Positions 29,246 to 43,344 of a DNA stretch of 64,000 nt are shown piece by piece. How positions within the stretch are numbered: position 1 is the first letter of the stretch; each line of letters opens with the position of its first letter. The stretch is from Octopus sinensis (lineage: Eukaryota): the NCBI RefSeq assembly GCF_006345805.1, contig NC_043009.1, positions 53,382,001-53,446,000 on the forward strand, given 5' to 3'. The notes below the pieces were generated by a model that saw only the letters and a list, made by a program, of their open reading frames with translations, searched no databases and was not told the DNA's origin. A program made the position numbers and the translations under genes.

Positions 29246-29607
29246 TATATTAATCATATGAAGGGCTCCTCTTTTCAAACTCGATTCTATATTTTTCTTG
29301 ATGTGTTTTCCATTTATAGAAGGCTTTTGCAAATAAAATAAGACTGGATTTCATTTTTGAAGTTCCGATGAGGATATAATGTCATACACAAGCACTCAAC
29401 TATGAAGGCATTACGTCTTATGGCAGAAACTGCGCTAAGCTAATGAGATTCATTACTATTTTTTGTTCCATTGTCATTTACTTAATCTCTTATTACGTTC
29501 TGCGTTCGACTAACGCTTTTCTCTGATACAGAGTTCTAACACTAAGTTATTAATATCGCCATGTCTATACGAAATATTGATATACATGCATATATATATA
29601 CATATAC

Positions 29608-29723
<116 letters not shown>

Positions 29724-30182
29724 TGTGTAGACCTGTATAAATATAGTCCCCCATACACATACACACTCACATACAAACAAAAATGTAATAAAAACTTGCA
29801 TATATTTGTGTACACTTACACAACGAGGTCTTATGCTTTGTCCATTAATGTCGATGTTAATATACGGATTGCAACCGATCGTAAATTATAAGTAACACTA
29901 AATATCGTTCATGTCCAGCTGACATAATTGCATATTACATATTGAACAGAGACGAGCTGAAGAAAAACATCTTTGAGACTAACTTTTCAATACATTTCTA
30001 GTCTTTCAATATAATTAAAAGCGCAGAGGCCGGCTGATTTGCTTCCAGTAGTAAAATGCTTTAATCAGAAGCGATATTTCATAAAGATATGAGAAGTTGA
30101 TTAAATTTAAGCTCACAACATATAAATCTATACGAGAGATTTATCTGTCTATCTGACTGTTTGCATGAGTGTCTCTCACGAC

Positions 30183-30268
<86 letters not shown>

Positions 30269-30399
30269 GCCTGTCTGTCTGTCTTTCTATGTATGAGCTG
30301 CTTATCTGCTTAATCTTTTATCAGTTACCCCCTATATATCATATTATTTAATATCTCTGTCTGTCACACTTACTCTCCCTGTTTGTCTCTATATTTATA

Positions 30400-30467
<68 letters not shown>

Positions 30468-30522
30468 GTTGTGTGTGTGTGTGTGTGTGTGTGCAATGCC
30501 CACATATACACATGCATATTGT

Positions 30523-30564
<42 letters not shown>

Positions 30565-31429
30565 TTAAACCTTATAAGCGATCACCGCGTAGTGGCTGAA
30601 GAAAATAATGTAAATTAGGGGCATATAAGCCCCTAATATTTTCAGTAGCAAATACACGGTAATCGCTTATCAGGTTTAAGTTTATAGTTATAATTATTTA
30701 CAAAATTGCCACGCAGATACACAACACACACACACACACACACACGAATACACACATTACATGGAAAAATGCGTGTAAAAGAAATATTCTTAAGATTATA
30801 AACCTGGAAAATCAGATGACAAGTTATTATACTTGGAAAACTTCAGGACAACTAATTACATCTTGTAAAGTACAGCACGAGAAAAGATTTCCTTAAAATA
30901 TTGCAGTTATGGATAAAATTTCAAATAAAATATTTAGATTTAGAAAATATTACCTTTTAATAAAACTAAAAATTTATTACAAGTTATTTCTATTTGTTAT
31001 TATTTGTTACTTCTATCAACAAAAAAAAATCAATTAAAATATTTTTTGCACTTAAAAAAATTCATTTTTTTAATTATTAATTAATAATCAGAAATATGAA
31101 AATAGGCTATAAAAATAATAGTACGTAATTAGTTAGTACAATATACAGAATAATACAAAAATTACCTATAACAACAAATTCACATCAAAATTTGCTTGAG
31201 TTATTGCCAAATCTTCGCATTTTTAATCGTGACCCAATGCCTATTTTTTACATATCGAATTTGCCTACCATATATACTATTCTACTTTGAATAAAACTTC
31301 AGCTATAGTGTTACTTCTGGCTCTCATTTTTTAAGTATTCTAGTGTGTCAATATTTTAACAAAATGACGCTACTTTTTTTAATTATAATGTTACTTTGTA
31401 AATTAAAATCAAATAAATTATATATATGT

Positions 31430-31605
31430 ATTCTTTTATTCTTTTACTTGTTTCAGTCATTTGACCCCGGGACTTATTCTTTGTAAGCCCAGTACTTATT
31501 CTATCGGTTTCTTTTGCCGAACCGCTAAGTGACGGGGACGTAAACACTCCAGCATCGGTTGTCAACCAATGCTAGGGGGACAAACATAGACATACACACA
31601 CACAT

Positions 31606-31644
<39 letters not shown>

Positions 31645-31798
31645 CATATATACGACAGACTTCTTTCAGTTTCCGTCTACCAAATCCACTCACAAGGCAT
31701 TGGTCGGCCCGGGGCTATAGCAGAAGACACTTGCCCAAGATGCCACCCGGAACCATGTGGTTGGTTAGCAAAATACTTACCACACAGCCACTCCTGCG

Positions 31799-31802
<4 letters not shown>
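31430..31802 (-). mobile_element. SINE family A, young copy with two internal deletions
   Basis: High identity to 33064-33460 apart from ~42-bp and ~15-bp gaps. Confidence 0.92.
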
Positions 31803-31843
<41 letters not shown>

Positions 31844-33063
31844 GGTGTAATGAATATGGTGGAACCCGACATGGGCAAAGTTATAAATGATAGCCAAAAT
31901 AATATTGTGCTAAGACACTAGTTGTATGGATAAAGCTGAACGTTGATCGGCGGATTCTAACCATATAATCTGTGAATTGAACATATGATAGGTGCTCATA
32001 GCATTACACAAATGCATGCAACACCTTGAATTTTCTCGAGTCTACTTTACTTCAGTTTCGAAACACTCATAATGTAAACATCTTACGTATCTTGCTGGTA
32101 AGAACAAAACTTACAAAATAGGTGGAAAAAATTCAAAAATATTTTGCTTGATTTAATGATTTTGTGTGTGTGTGTGTTTGTGAGTTTATGTGTGTACGTG
32201 TGCGCGTTTGTGTGTAGATGTGTGTATATATTTAATATATATATTGTACATGTGCATACAGAATGTAAACAAGGGCAAACGTACAAACAATATATATACA
32301 TTTATATATTTTTGTTATATATTTTAATATGTGTGTGTGCATGTGTGTGAGCGTGCTTTTTTGTATAAAGATATATTTAATATTTAATTAACTTAGTGTC
32401 ACTATATTTAATGTAACCACAAAAATACTAAAAATAATTACATCATAGTAATTTTATTACAGTGAAATAATTTGTAACTGTATTTATAAATATTTATTAC
32501 AAAATCATAAATTCTCCGCCATCTGTCTATTTATCTTTCAACACACGTTCTGTTAAATATAAATGTATGAATGTATTCTGTTTCTAAAAGATTTTCTAAC
32601 ATAGGTTCTCATACTCCAAGGTACTTGAGCAGGTTTACAGCATTGTTGAATCTTCTGTGAAACGTAATGAATATAAAATGTGAGTTTTCACGGTTCAGGT
32701 CGAAGAAGGGATCTACGGCTGGTATATGTGCCTGATTAATTTTTAAATACCACTAAGTAAAATCCAAGTTAGTCTTCCTATTTCGAGAAACAACTTGATA
32801 GATTTCTATATTGTATATCTGAATCATTCACACTGTCCGTCGCTACAGGGACTTCACAGATAAGTCAATATTTAATATATTTCCCTAAAGATAAAGTAAA
32901 TGTCATGAACTCTTCTCCAGTAAATGAAGCTCAAAGTGTCCGAACGAATACTGTAAGAATAATCAAATAATGTAAGTATTGAATTCGTACACTCAGACGG
33001 TATTTTAAAACTCTACTGATGACGCAGAAAAGTAAAATGAAAACGATTATTAAAAAAAAAACA

Positions 33064-33460
33064 GGCGCAGGAGTGGCTGCGTGGTAAGTAGCTTGCTAAC
33101 CAACCACATGGTTCCGGGTTCAGTCCCACTGCGTGGCATCTTGGGCAAGTGTCTTCTACTATAGCCCCGGGCCGACCAATGCCCTGTGAGTGGATTTGGT
33201 AGACGGAAACTGAAAGAAGCCTGTCGTATATATGTATATATATGTGTGTGTATGTGTTTGTGTGATTGTCCCCCTAGCATTGGTTGACAACCGATGCTGG
33301 TGTGTTTACGTCCCCGTCACTTAGCGGTTCGGCAAAACAGACCGATAGAATAAGTACTGGGCTTACAAAGAATAAGTCCCGGGGTCGATTTGCTCGATTA
33401 AAGGCGGTGCTCCAGCATGGCCGCAGTGAAATGGCTGAAACAAGTAAAAGAGTAAAAGAG
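33064..33460 (+). mobile_element. SINE family A, full length
   Basis: Consensus-like from ggcgcaggagtggctg to gtaaaagagtaaaagag. Confidence 0.95.
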
Positions 33461-35022
33461 CTCTAAATATATCCCTTAATGTCCTACAAGAAAGAGTTCC
33501 CTTCTTGATACCAATGGTTTATTTGTATCAGGAAACAGGATAATCCGATTACTAAACAGTACTATATGTATTTTTTGTGTATTTGGTTTGCAACGCTCTC
33601 GATGTGAACTCGTCTGTTAAAAATAATTTGTTACACCACGGGAGGGTCATTATATCAATAATAAAAGCAATCACTGGTTCTATTTCACTTCTTTGTTATT
33701 TGTCGATTGGCAATCTATTGAACTAAGCGATTGTATGATTAATCGTTCGGTCCATTAATCAATCACCCAAGTTTGTCAAAGTCCCTTTTTTTTTACCGCT
33801 CGCGACGTCTTCAATGACATATCATCTCTAATCCTGTTCTAAGCAGACATGGGGGCCCTAGGTTCAATAAACGGTAGGAATTTTGGCGAAAAAATAATCT
33901 CGGGATAAATCGAGCAGATATACTTCCTTCAGAACAAAGGTTTGTTTTTTCAAAAACAAAAACTAGAAAAACAAGGAAATTTTTATTTTATAGAATATTA
34001 TAAAAGTTTCGTTTCCAGTTGTCAATAATAATTCAGCCGTAATATATCATAAGAATGCTATGCTACGGTTGAATAATTCCAAGTCTAGACTATGCTGCGT
34101 CTTAAATATTTATATAAAAATACGCGAGAGTATGAAGACACTTCCAACACTCATGTGTTTATATTGTTATTTTTCATTTTATGTCCGGTCTCTTCATAAT
34201 TACCATCGAAGAAGCCTACTGAGCAGTAATGAAGCTAATAAGAAAATGATAAGACTATTTCCTCAAAGGTCCGATGATGGTCGAAACCTACCTTGTACTT
34301 ACTGGGTGTGCCCTCCTCCATATTTTGATAAGGTATGAGAGATGAATATTAGTCTAGCATTTTAGAATAAGGTAACTCTTATACAAATATCAAAAGTGAT
34401 AATTTGGCCGACAAAAGTTTTGTCTCGGTTTAAGTGAAACAGTAATGCAGATGTTAGTGAATTTCACAACGAATAAAATCTACTTAATACTGCTGTTGAC
34501 AATGAAAAATCATTGACCTGGAATAAGATTTAAATCTTATGTGAATGTCTGAATATGGCTCCATCCATATCGATTTGTAAATAAACAGTCGGATGACATG
34601 TCAATTGCGGAGCGTGCTCCACATTTACGTCGTATATGCTAAGTATGTATATTAGGGCTCACTTTCTTTCTCTCTCAAACATGCATAGGCTTTTCTTCCC
34701 ACGGATAAACCTTACTTGCTTTCCCCTTTACACCATACATCATGACACTGTGATACACGATCCATATTGATCGTTTTTTTTCCTCTTCCTCTTTTTTCCT
34801 CTTTTTTCTTCTTTTTTCATTTTTCTTTCCATTTGTTCCTTTTCCCTTTTTTTTTCTTTTCCTTTTTTTTCTTTTTTTCTTTTTTTTGTTTTATTCTTTT
34901 TTCCCTTTTACGATCCCTTTTGATCGAAAACCTACGCCACCTTTTTTTCCTCCCCCCAAAGAAAAGCTCTACCTTGTAACTTGTCCCATCTGTGTGCAGC
35001 CCTGTGTGGTCAATAAAGAAAC

Positions 35023-35058
<36 letters not shown>

Positions 35059-35104
35059 TCATCCATCCATCTATCTATCGATTTATCTGTCAGTCTGTCT
35101 ATCT

Positions 35105-35169
<65 letters not shown>

Positions 35170-35329
35170 ATATCTATCTATCTATCTATCTATCTACCTG
35201 TCTGACTGTCAATCAATCAATCAATCAGTCAATAAATCCATAAATAAATAAATCAATCAACCAATTAAACTATCTATATATCTATCTGTTTACCTATCTA
35301 TCAATACATATGTAAATACATTTTTTTTA

Positions 35330-35555
35330 TTTGTAGCAGTCATTGGAATACGCCATGCTGGAGTCACCGCCTTGAAGGCTTCAGTCAGACAAATACAACC
35401 CAGCACTTATTATTTCATGCATGGTACCTATTCCATCGGTATCTTGTGCCGAACCACTGTGTTAGACACTTGCTCAAGGTGCAACACTTTGGGATTGAAC
35501 CTGAAACCACGTGTTTGCAAAATGATTTTCTCGACTACACGGCCATGTCTGCGCT
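35330..35555 (-). mobile_element. Old family A-related SINE, internally deleted
   Basis: Degenerate tail fused to the head region. Confidence 0.6.
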
Positions 35556-35614
35556 TGCATCTCCCTCTCACTCTCTCCACGTATATGTATATACATATGT
35601 GTATGTATATATGT

Positions 35615-35992
35615 GGAGGCGCAATGGCCCAGTGGTTAGGGCAGCGGACTCGTGGTCATAGAATCGCGGTTTCGATTCCCAGACCGGGCGTTGTGAGTGT
35701 TTATTGAGCGAAAACACCTAAAGCTCCACGAGGCTCCGGCAGGAGATGGTGGTGATCCCTGCTATACTCTTTCACCACAACATTCTCTCTCTTACTTCCT
35801 GTTTCTGTTGTACCTGTATTTCAAAGGGCCGGCCTTGTCACTCTCTGTGTCACGCTGAATATCTCCGAGAACTACGTTAAGGGTACACATGTCTGTGAAG
35901 TGCTCAGCCACTTACACGTTAATTTCACGAGCAGGCTGTTCCGTTGATTCGGATCAACCGGAACCCTCGTTGTCGTAACCGACGGAGTGCTT

Positions 35993-35993
<1 letters not shown>
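35615..35993 (+). mobile_element. SINE family B, tail type 2, full length
   Basis: tRNA-like head; tail ends accctcgttgtcgtaaccgacggagtgc, followed by (CA)n. Confidence 0.92.
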
Positions 35994-36054
<61 letters not shown>

Positions 36055-36465
36055 GAGTGTGTATATATTTATATATATATATGCACATACACTTATTCAT
36101 AATATACGCTTGTGTGCGCGCGTATATTTGCTTGTATTAATATTTGTGCTTCTCTGTGTTAACATTGACGACATATCTTTCTTATATAAGAAAAGTAGGC
36201 AACAGGAAATAATTGAAGTGTATGTCCTCTCTGAGAGAGAGATAGTGCAGAATCTCTAAACGTCACCAATACTTCCTTTGTCTGGCGATCACTTCACGTG
36301 ATCGGCGTTACTAAGTATTATATAACCGAATCGATAATAACAATAACAACAGCACCAACTACGATAAAAATAACAACAAGAACAAAAACAACAAATACAC
36401 CTGAAACTTTAAATACTGCTACAAAGTCGACCAATGTAATTCAGTGTAATATCTTTATGTCTTAC

Positions 36466-36555
36466 CTCGCCAGACTATCGGAACACATGCATCACAACTG
36501 AAGTTTAAGGATTCGTTGTCAGGCTCGTACAGTGCAACAACTTGCATTTTGCCAC
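36466..36555 (-). CDS. GABA-B-R3: GABA-B receptor exon, 90 bp, phase 1-1
   Basis: tatcattacag|GTGGCAAA...TGGCGAG|gtaaga. Encodes (G)GKMQVVALYEPDNESLNFSCDACVPIVWR, with the VALY and CxxC...W pattern of R3-type receptors. Confidence 0.95.
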
Positions 36556-37724
36556 CTGTAATGATATCAAAAGGAGACAATGGATGAACCTATCTCGATC
36601 TGCTAGAAATAGCGTCTAATTCTCTTCTGAAACAAATCGTACAATTTTAAATAGAATAGGTAAAAACATTGGATAATCACAGGTGGATCGTCTTAATTCA
36701 CATGCATGTATAAGTTTGTTCGAAACCCATCTTATTAACGCGATGTATACAGCTCACGTTACGCATTTGCTCGGCTTGTACAAGAAAAGTATTGCTCGAC
36801 CTGTACGAGAAAAATATTGGCTTTGTGTACTCTGTGAAGTTCTTTAAATCTGTCACCCGTTTCTCTTCCCAGATGCATCGTTTCTCTGTTGAGCTTTCTG
36901 TTAGATATTAATTCTCTTCTTGTAATAGGTTCTTCTCTTGAACTGATGTTCTTTGGAACTGACTACTCTGGGATTGCTTCTCTTTGGTATACAAAAATTA
37001 GACTTTCGAGTTTTCTGTCAATCGAAGTTGTTAGCCCGCTTTCTTTTCCTTCCCTGAGGCTCAATACTTTGTGCTGAAAAAAGTTCTTTTAAATCATATC
37101 CCACAGTCTAAAAAGAAAAGAGAAATTGAATAATTTGATCCTACGTATACACAAGGTGGTGATGATCACGGCAAGAACGTCTTTGATCATAGATATTCTC
37201 ATTCCTGATTAATCTGGACTTAAACAGCAATAATCAGATTAAAATCCCACCATGAAATGGAAGAGGATTCAACTGGCCAATCACTGTCGTTGATGATGCT
37301 AATGTTTTTGTTGTTGATGCTAATGTTGCTATAGTAATTGCTGATGCAATTACTCAATACAGCTGAAAGCCGAGCAGATACGAAATGTATATTTGTGTAC
37401 CAATGTTGCAGATCATAATCGAGATATTGTAAAGTGGAGCACGAAGTTGTCGCGTACACTAAATATCTGGCAGAATTTAATCTCTATATTCTGCATTGAA
37501 ATTGCGCATGAACATTTGCTTCCCGTCTGATGTGGAAAATTGTAAATTCCAGTAATATATTCAGGAATGATAAACTTTACATCACCCATCGGCATTTATA
37601 AGCAAGTGTTACTATCAGAAGGACAATGTTATTAACATAAGGTATTATTAATGTTATTGAGGTAGTAAGGACGATTAATTCGCAAGTGCCTATTTTTTAC
37701 TGCACTTTAGCTTTTAGGTTCAAT

Positions 37725-38700
37725 TCGTGCCCAGGTCAAATTCGACTTCGGTATTTCAAGGATTAGATAAAATAAAGACTAGTCTGGCACTATGGTCGAT
37801 GGGATCGGCTAATCCCCTAATATTATTATAATTAAGACGGCGAGCTGTCAAAATTGTTAGCGCATCGAAGAAAAAAAAAGTGGCATTTCTACCGCATCTG
37901 TACATTCTGAGTACATTTGCATTTACCTCCTGCCGCAGTCAACTTTTCCTTTCTTCCTTTTACTGGCATTGGTGTAATCGAGTTAACCCCGCTCCCACTA
38001 AAATGACTGCCATGGTGGGAATATCTGAAACAATTTTATTTTCATTTCAACTCGAAAACCGAGTCTATCGAATCATTTATTAATATAATTTTTGTTAATT
38101 TAACATTTCTTTAATTGCAGCTAAGTTCTGTTGTTTAAAAATGGTGTCTATTTTTTAAAATAAATATCAACATACATAAGTAGAAAAAAATTATACTTTT
38201 CTTAGTTGACCTATTATCAATCTTTTACTGTTTTAAGGATTGCAGCCGCCGACTGAATTGTTAGACCATCGGACGAAATATTTAGTGTTATTTCTTCCGA
38301 CTTATTACGTTTTGACTTCATATTTCGCCGGGGGTCAACTTTATTTTTCATCTTTCAGAGATCGATAAAATAAGCACCACTGTAGTACTGTGGTACTTCG
38401 GTCGATGTAAACGACAACCCATCCCCTTAAAATTGCAGGTGTTGTAACAAAATTCGAAACCATTATTGCCTTTAGAAAGGTTGCGGGTAGCAGAATCGTA
38501 AACATTCCGTATACAGTGGTTAGCGCCACTCTGCCAGCTTCAAACTCTGAACTCAAATTCTGCCGAAGACCGAAGTCGACTTTGCCTATCATTCTTTCGA
38601 AGTTAATAAAATAAAAACCAGTTGCGCACTGGGTTCGTTGTAATAGATTAGCCCCATCCACCAAAATTTCAGACTTTGTACCTTCTGTAAGAAAGAATTA
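37725..38700 (+). mobile_element. Cluster of about four old family C SINE fragments
   Basis: Degenerate gtcgactttgcctttcatcctttc-type cores at ~37740, 37920, 38335 and 38575. Confidence 0.6.
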
Positions 38701-39312
38701 TTATTTTAAGGATGGATAGATGGTAAAATCAATAGAGTGTCGGTCGATATCCCTTACAGACGTGGGTTAAATTGTGACTAAATTGTGAATTATTTTACCC
38801 CCAAGGGATCGCAGTGCAGCCACTACTATTGACAAACCGGACACGTGGCCCGAATACTTGAAACAAAGTAAGCTTTGCTATAGACAGTCAAGGCACTCAA
38901 GGGATAGTTAAAACAGCCAAGGTAATTTTTTAAATTCTATCGTTCCGAGGTTAGTTAATGTAATCAAAACATGCTGCTGCATGGCCTTAATTCAAGAACT
39001 GAAATCAATAAATTAATATTTATGAATTAATAATCTATATTCTGTTTTTTTTTCAATGATTGAATCTCATTTTATTAATCATTAGCGCTATAAAAGTAAT
39101 TATATCTTGTAAAACCCATGGGAAAATTCATCCTTTGGAAAGTGGATATGATTGAGTAAATGGATGAAAGAATGCCAGATGTCTCTTGAGTTTACATATA
39201 ACTGCTGATATTTCACCTGACTAAACTTTGAGTGTTGTTCTTATTCTTCTGTTGATGTTGATGGTGGTGGCAGCTGTAATGTTTAGTGTTTAGCCCTAAT
39301 AATGTTTTCTAC

Positions 39313-39510
39313 TATAAGCACAAGGCCTGAAATTTAACGGGAGGCGACTAGTCGATTATTTCGACCCCAGTACTTGACTGGTTCTTCATTTTATCAACAC
39401 CGAAAGAATGAAAGGTAAAGTCGCTCGGCGGAATTTCGGTACGTAAAGATAGACGAAATGTTGCTAATCATTTCGGCCGGCGTGTTTAAGATTCTGCCAT
39501 CTTGCTGCCT
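39313..39510 (-). mobile_element. SINE family C
   Basis: Reverse-complement match including head and core. Confidence 0.8.
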
Positions 39511-40395
39511 TTGTAGCCCTTATCATAAATTGTCTTCTAGATATGGCCAGCGCATCATTTTAGACAGTTTTCCAGCAAAATGCATTGCACACTGTGTCGA
39601 CCGTTTACTTTATATTTTATTTTAAAAGACAGTAGGTTTGTTTGAGGGGCCGAAACTTGGCTGCTATTTCTTACACATCAAGCAAATAGCCACCTTTAGT
39701 TCACATCATTATATCGTTTTACTTAATACTTTCACTGGAAACATTCCTTATGATGTCTCAAAGACTATTTTCCAAGTTCTTTCATTGTACTTTGAGTGTT
39801 TGTTCAGACAGAAATCTAAAAACATCTGGAGATATTCACAATATAAAGTGTTTAGTTAGATCCAAAGTGAAGAGCTTCTACGAGATCATTCTACTAGCTA
39901 GAAATATCAGTCACCTATGCAGTAAACCAGTGATTATATCTTAATGAAGGAAATTATATACTAATTGAAATATAAATGTAGTTGTTAACAGTAATTCTAA
40001 TTATCTTATCAGAACATTCTTACACTAAGTGTTTCATCTCCTTCCAGCTTTCGGCTTCTCATGCTGGTACAATTAAGACAGAGCGTTAAAAAGCTCAGTC
40101 TCCAGTTCTGTCCCACTAGGCGTCATCTTGGGCAAGTATCTTTTATTATAGCTCGGGCTAGGTCACATTCTTTAAGGCTTAAATAAGCCTTATGCCTCAA
40201 TTGTAAGTTTAGTAGGACAGTAGACCACAAGAGTGAAATATAAATAAACCGAGACTGGAGACAATATAGAACTAACTGTTGTATACTACCGCAGAAAAAT
40301 GATTTGAGCGTGGAGGTCCAATACTGCTGATGCCTGAGAGACATAAAAGCGGAAGAGATACATAAGTAGGTAGAAACAGATAGATAGATAAATAA

Positions 40396-40463
<68 letters not shown>

Positions 40464-40495
40464 ATAGATAGAGAGAGAGTGTTATCAAGTCTTAC

Positions 40496-40556
40496 CTTGG
40501 TATTGTTGAATAACTGCTAGACTCTGGCGGTCTGGACCATCGAAAGACACTGGACC
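40496..40556 (-). CDS. GABA-B-R3: GABA-B receptor exon, 61 bp, phase 0-1
   Basis: tttcattgccag|GGTCCA...TACCAAG|gtaaga. Encodes GPVSFDGPDRQSLAVIQQYQ, continuing GVS-GPVSF in frame (cf. fly R3 GPVSFSGPDR). Confidence 0.95.
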
Positions 40557-40983
40557 CTGGCAATGAAACACGCAAATAAATAAATGTATTGGACATGTTA
40601 TACAACTCCTTAAAAAAACATGGAATAAATCATGTCTGCGTTGTCAGGGGTAAGTTTGGAAACTACTTTGATTTCCCTGTGACACGATTTCACTGTTGCT
40701 TCAGCTTCAGGACGTATTTTTCTTATAATTTTGGATGGGCTAAGGGCTGTAATGATTGATAAGAGAAATTTGCTTTGTAGAGTCGGTTTGTAGAGTTAAA
40801 ATATCGCGCGGTGCAACGCGACCATCAATGACCCTTGGGCAGTTCAAGCAGGTATGAACTTCTTTCGATTCTTTCAGCTGAGAATGAGACCCTGAAAAAT
40901 ACTCATGGGTTTTGTCCTTACTTCTCTCACTACGACGTTAAAAAAAAAAATATATATATATATATACATAAAAACATAGTTAC

Positions 40984-41028
<45 letters not shown>

Positions 41029-41114
41029 ACATACCCACATACATACATGCATACACATATTGATACATGTATATACCTACCTACCTACATACATGCATAC
41101 ATACATACATACAT

Positions 41115-42360
41115 ACATACGTCAAGACTTGCGTGGGAAAGATTTTCCTTAGATTGATAGACACAAACTTCACACATACACATAGATATAGGCACTTATT
41201 TAAGAGGTACAACCTAAGAGTCTCCTTTAGTTGTGCACCTAACATTAAAAATAAAAATCTTAACAAGTACCCACAATACAAGGGAAGAGGAAGGTTACTC
41301 TTGCAGTGTATATAATAACTGTCCAGTAGGAGGCCGATGCTAGGCTGAAGGGGTCATATATGTAGCTACGGTGACCTGCTATCCGAATTAACAGTACAGT
41401 AGCATCCAACATCAATATTAGATTAACTAAATCTCACTCCAGTACAACTGCCATGCCTAGAGATAATCACCAGTACGAGACCGGCGTAACAAACGGCGTT
41501 ACCGACGACCCTAGTACCATCGCCACAGGTAATGAACAAACTAGTATCATAGACACAGATAGAGTGACAAGGCCCGCAACATATCTTACCACCAGTACAA
41601 TCGCCATACCTAGAGATGATGACAAATCCAGAACCAGTGACATGGAGGATGTATCCGGCGTTTCCAGTATCACCACCTCCACCACAGATGATGACCATTT
41701 AATTATGTTCGACACCGATGTGATGACCGGTTGCGCACCATATGTTACCGGGGGTGCGAACATGGCCACAGCCCGTGTTGGTAAATATATTGGATCTGCC
41801 AGTCTTCTTTCAAACGACACTTTCTTAACACCCCGTCATCCTTCACAGTCCCAGAAAGACGGTTTGTCACGTCCCTGACCCGCCATGTGCGGGAACCGAA
41901 AGATCACCGTGTGATATCAGGTGGAAAATAATTGATGATCATCCGAACCCATATACTAATGGAAGTGGCCGATGCAAGATCTGCATGGCGGAGATAGCCA
42001 AAATTCTTAAGGACTACACGAAAGCTGGCGCGTTAAACAGTCGTGAAGAAATGTTTACTAAATGTGTCCACTTCAAGCGCTACATACTGGGAAACTGGAT
42101 CTCCCCGTTTGCTGGTTAAGCCCTTTTGACACTATAACGGTTGTTTATTCTCTGGTTCAGAGGAGACAACCCGTCCTCAATAATGTTACTTTTTTTTAAG
42201 ACCTGTTTCTCGATTCCTTTCTCGCGATGTAGAAATTTTAAATTCTTGTCTTTATAGAGTCTGACAAGCTGTCCACAAGGCTTTGGCTTTCTGGATACGA
42301 AACCTTTGGTAACTCTATGTCTTAGAGATAAATTTTTTTGTTGTAACAATCACTTCTCTA
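41115..42360 (+). mobile_element. Penelope-like element 3' portion: end of RT, GIY-YIG endonuclease, 3' terminal region
   Basis: [14 protein letters not shown]...RVSFSCAPNI; CPVGGRC*AEGVIYVATV; KYIGSAS; CDIRWKII...RCKICMAE...LNSREEMFTKCVH; stop at ~42117. Confidence 0.9.
42254..42318 (+). ncRNA. Type I hammerhead ribozyme-like motif (G8A variant) in the PLE 3' region
   Basis: atagagt-CUGACAA-g(c)tgtcca...tggatac-GAAACC(ttt)GGUA-actctat: 7-bp stem I, stem II, 3-bp stem III, GUA cleavage triplet. Confidence 0.65.
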
Positions 42361-42500
42361 TTCTTTAGAGTATGCTTCTTTTCTGATGTATGATTTATTA
42401 ATTATGTTTCGTTTTTGGATTTGGTTTGCAAAATTCTTTATGTGAGTTCGTGTGTTGAAGCATATACTGTTGTGTCTGGGGAGAGCCATTTTCTTTTTGT

Positions 42501-42565
<65 letters not shown>

Positions 42566-42626
42566 GTATATATATATACATATATATACATATATATATA
42601 CATTTTCTTTTTGTACCTTATATATA

Positions 42627-42683
<57 letters not shown>

Positions 42684-42979
42684 CGTATATAAAAAATGTA
42701 AATTAATAAGGATTTGAAATTCAAGCATGTAACTTAAGAGTGCTCTGTATAATTCAGAATCTGGCCAACCACATCGAACTCTCGAGGAAACATAGAATTG
42801 TCTAAGATAAAAAATTAAACGCAATTTCGCAGGGTAGTTCGTTTCTCTGGAACTCATATATCATACGGCGTATGAGTTCACTTCTTTGGATCTTATACAT
42901 CATACATATATATTCAAGAAATCATAAGGAAGAATGGACAAAACTTGTTTATTACAATATTATTCTCATTTAGTTCACA

Positions 42980-43344
42980 CTAGCAGTATCGCCCGGCGTT
43001 GCTCAGGTTTGTAAGGGAAATAACTATAAAGCATTTTTAGAGAGTTATAGCCAAAAAATGGAAAACAATATGGTAAATTTTTTTTGAGAGTTAAAAAGGA
43101 AGGAGTTGCGTCCCCTAGACAGTTCGTGTTTCTGATTCTCGACCCCATGTCGAATTTATCGATTTTTTTCAGAACTGGGGGGACTTTTCAAAATTTTGGC
43201 TGCGTTAGTTTTGAATTATGACATTGGGCTATGTGTGTGTCAAGTTTCATCAGAATCGGTTGAAAGCCGTGGTCAGGGTGAGGGTACAAGCAAACAGACA
43301 CACAGAAACACGCACAGACAAACTGCCGTTTATATATAGAGAGA
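42980..43344 (-). mobile_element. Non-autonomous Helitron
   Basis: Minus strand starts TC (43344) and ends with a GC-rich hairpin-like cctgagcaacgccgggcg followed by CTAG (42980). Inserted between A and T, no TSD. Confidence 0.85.
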
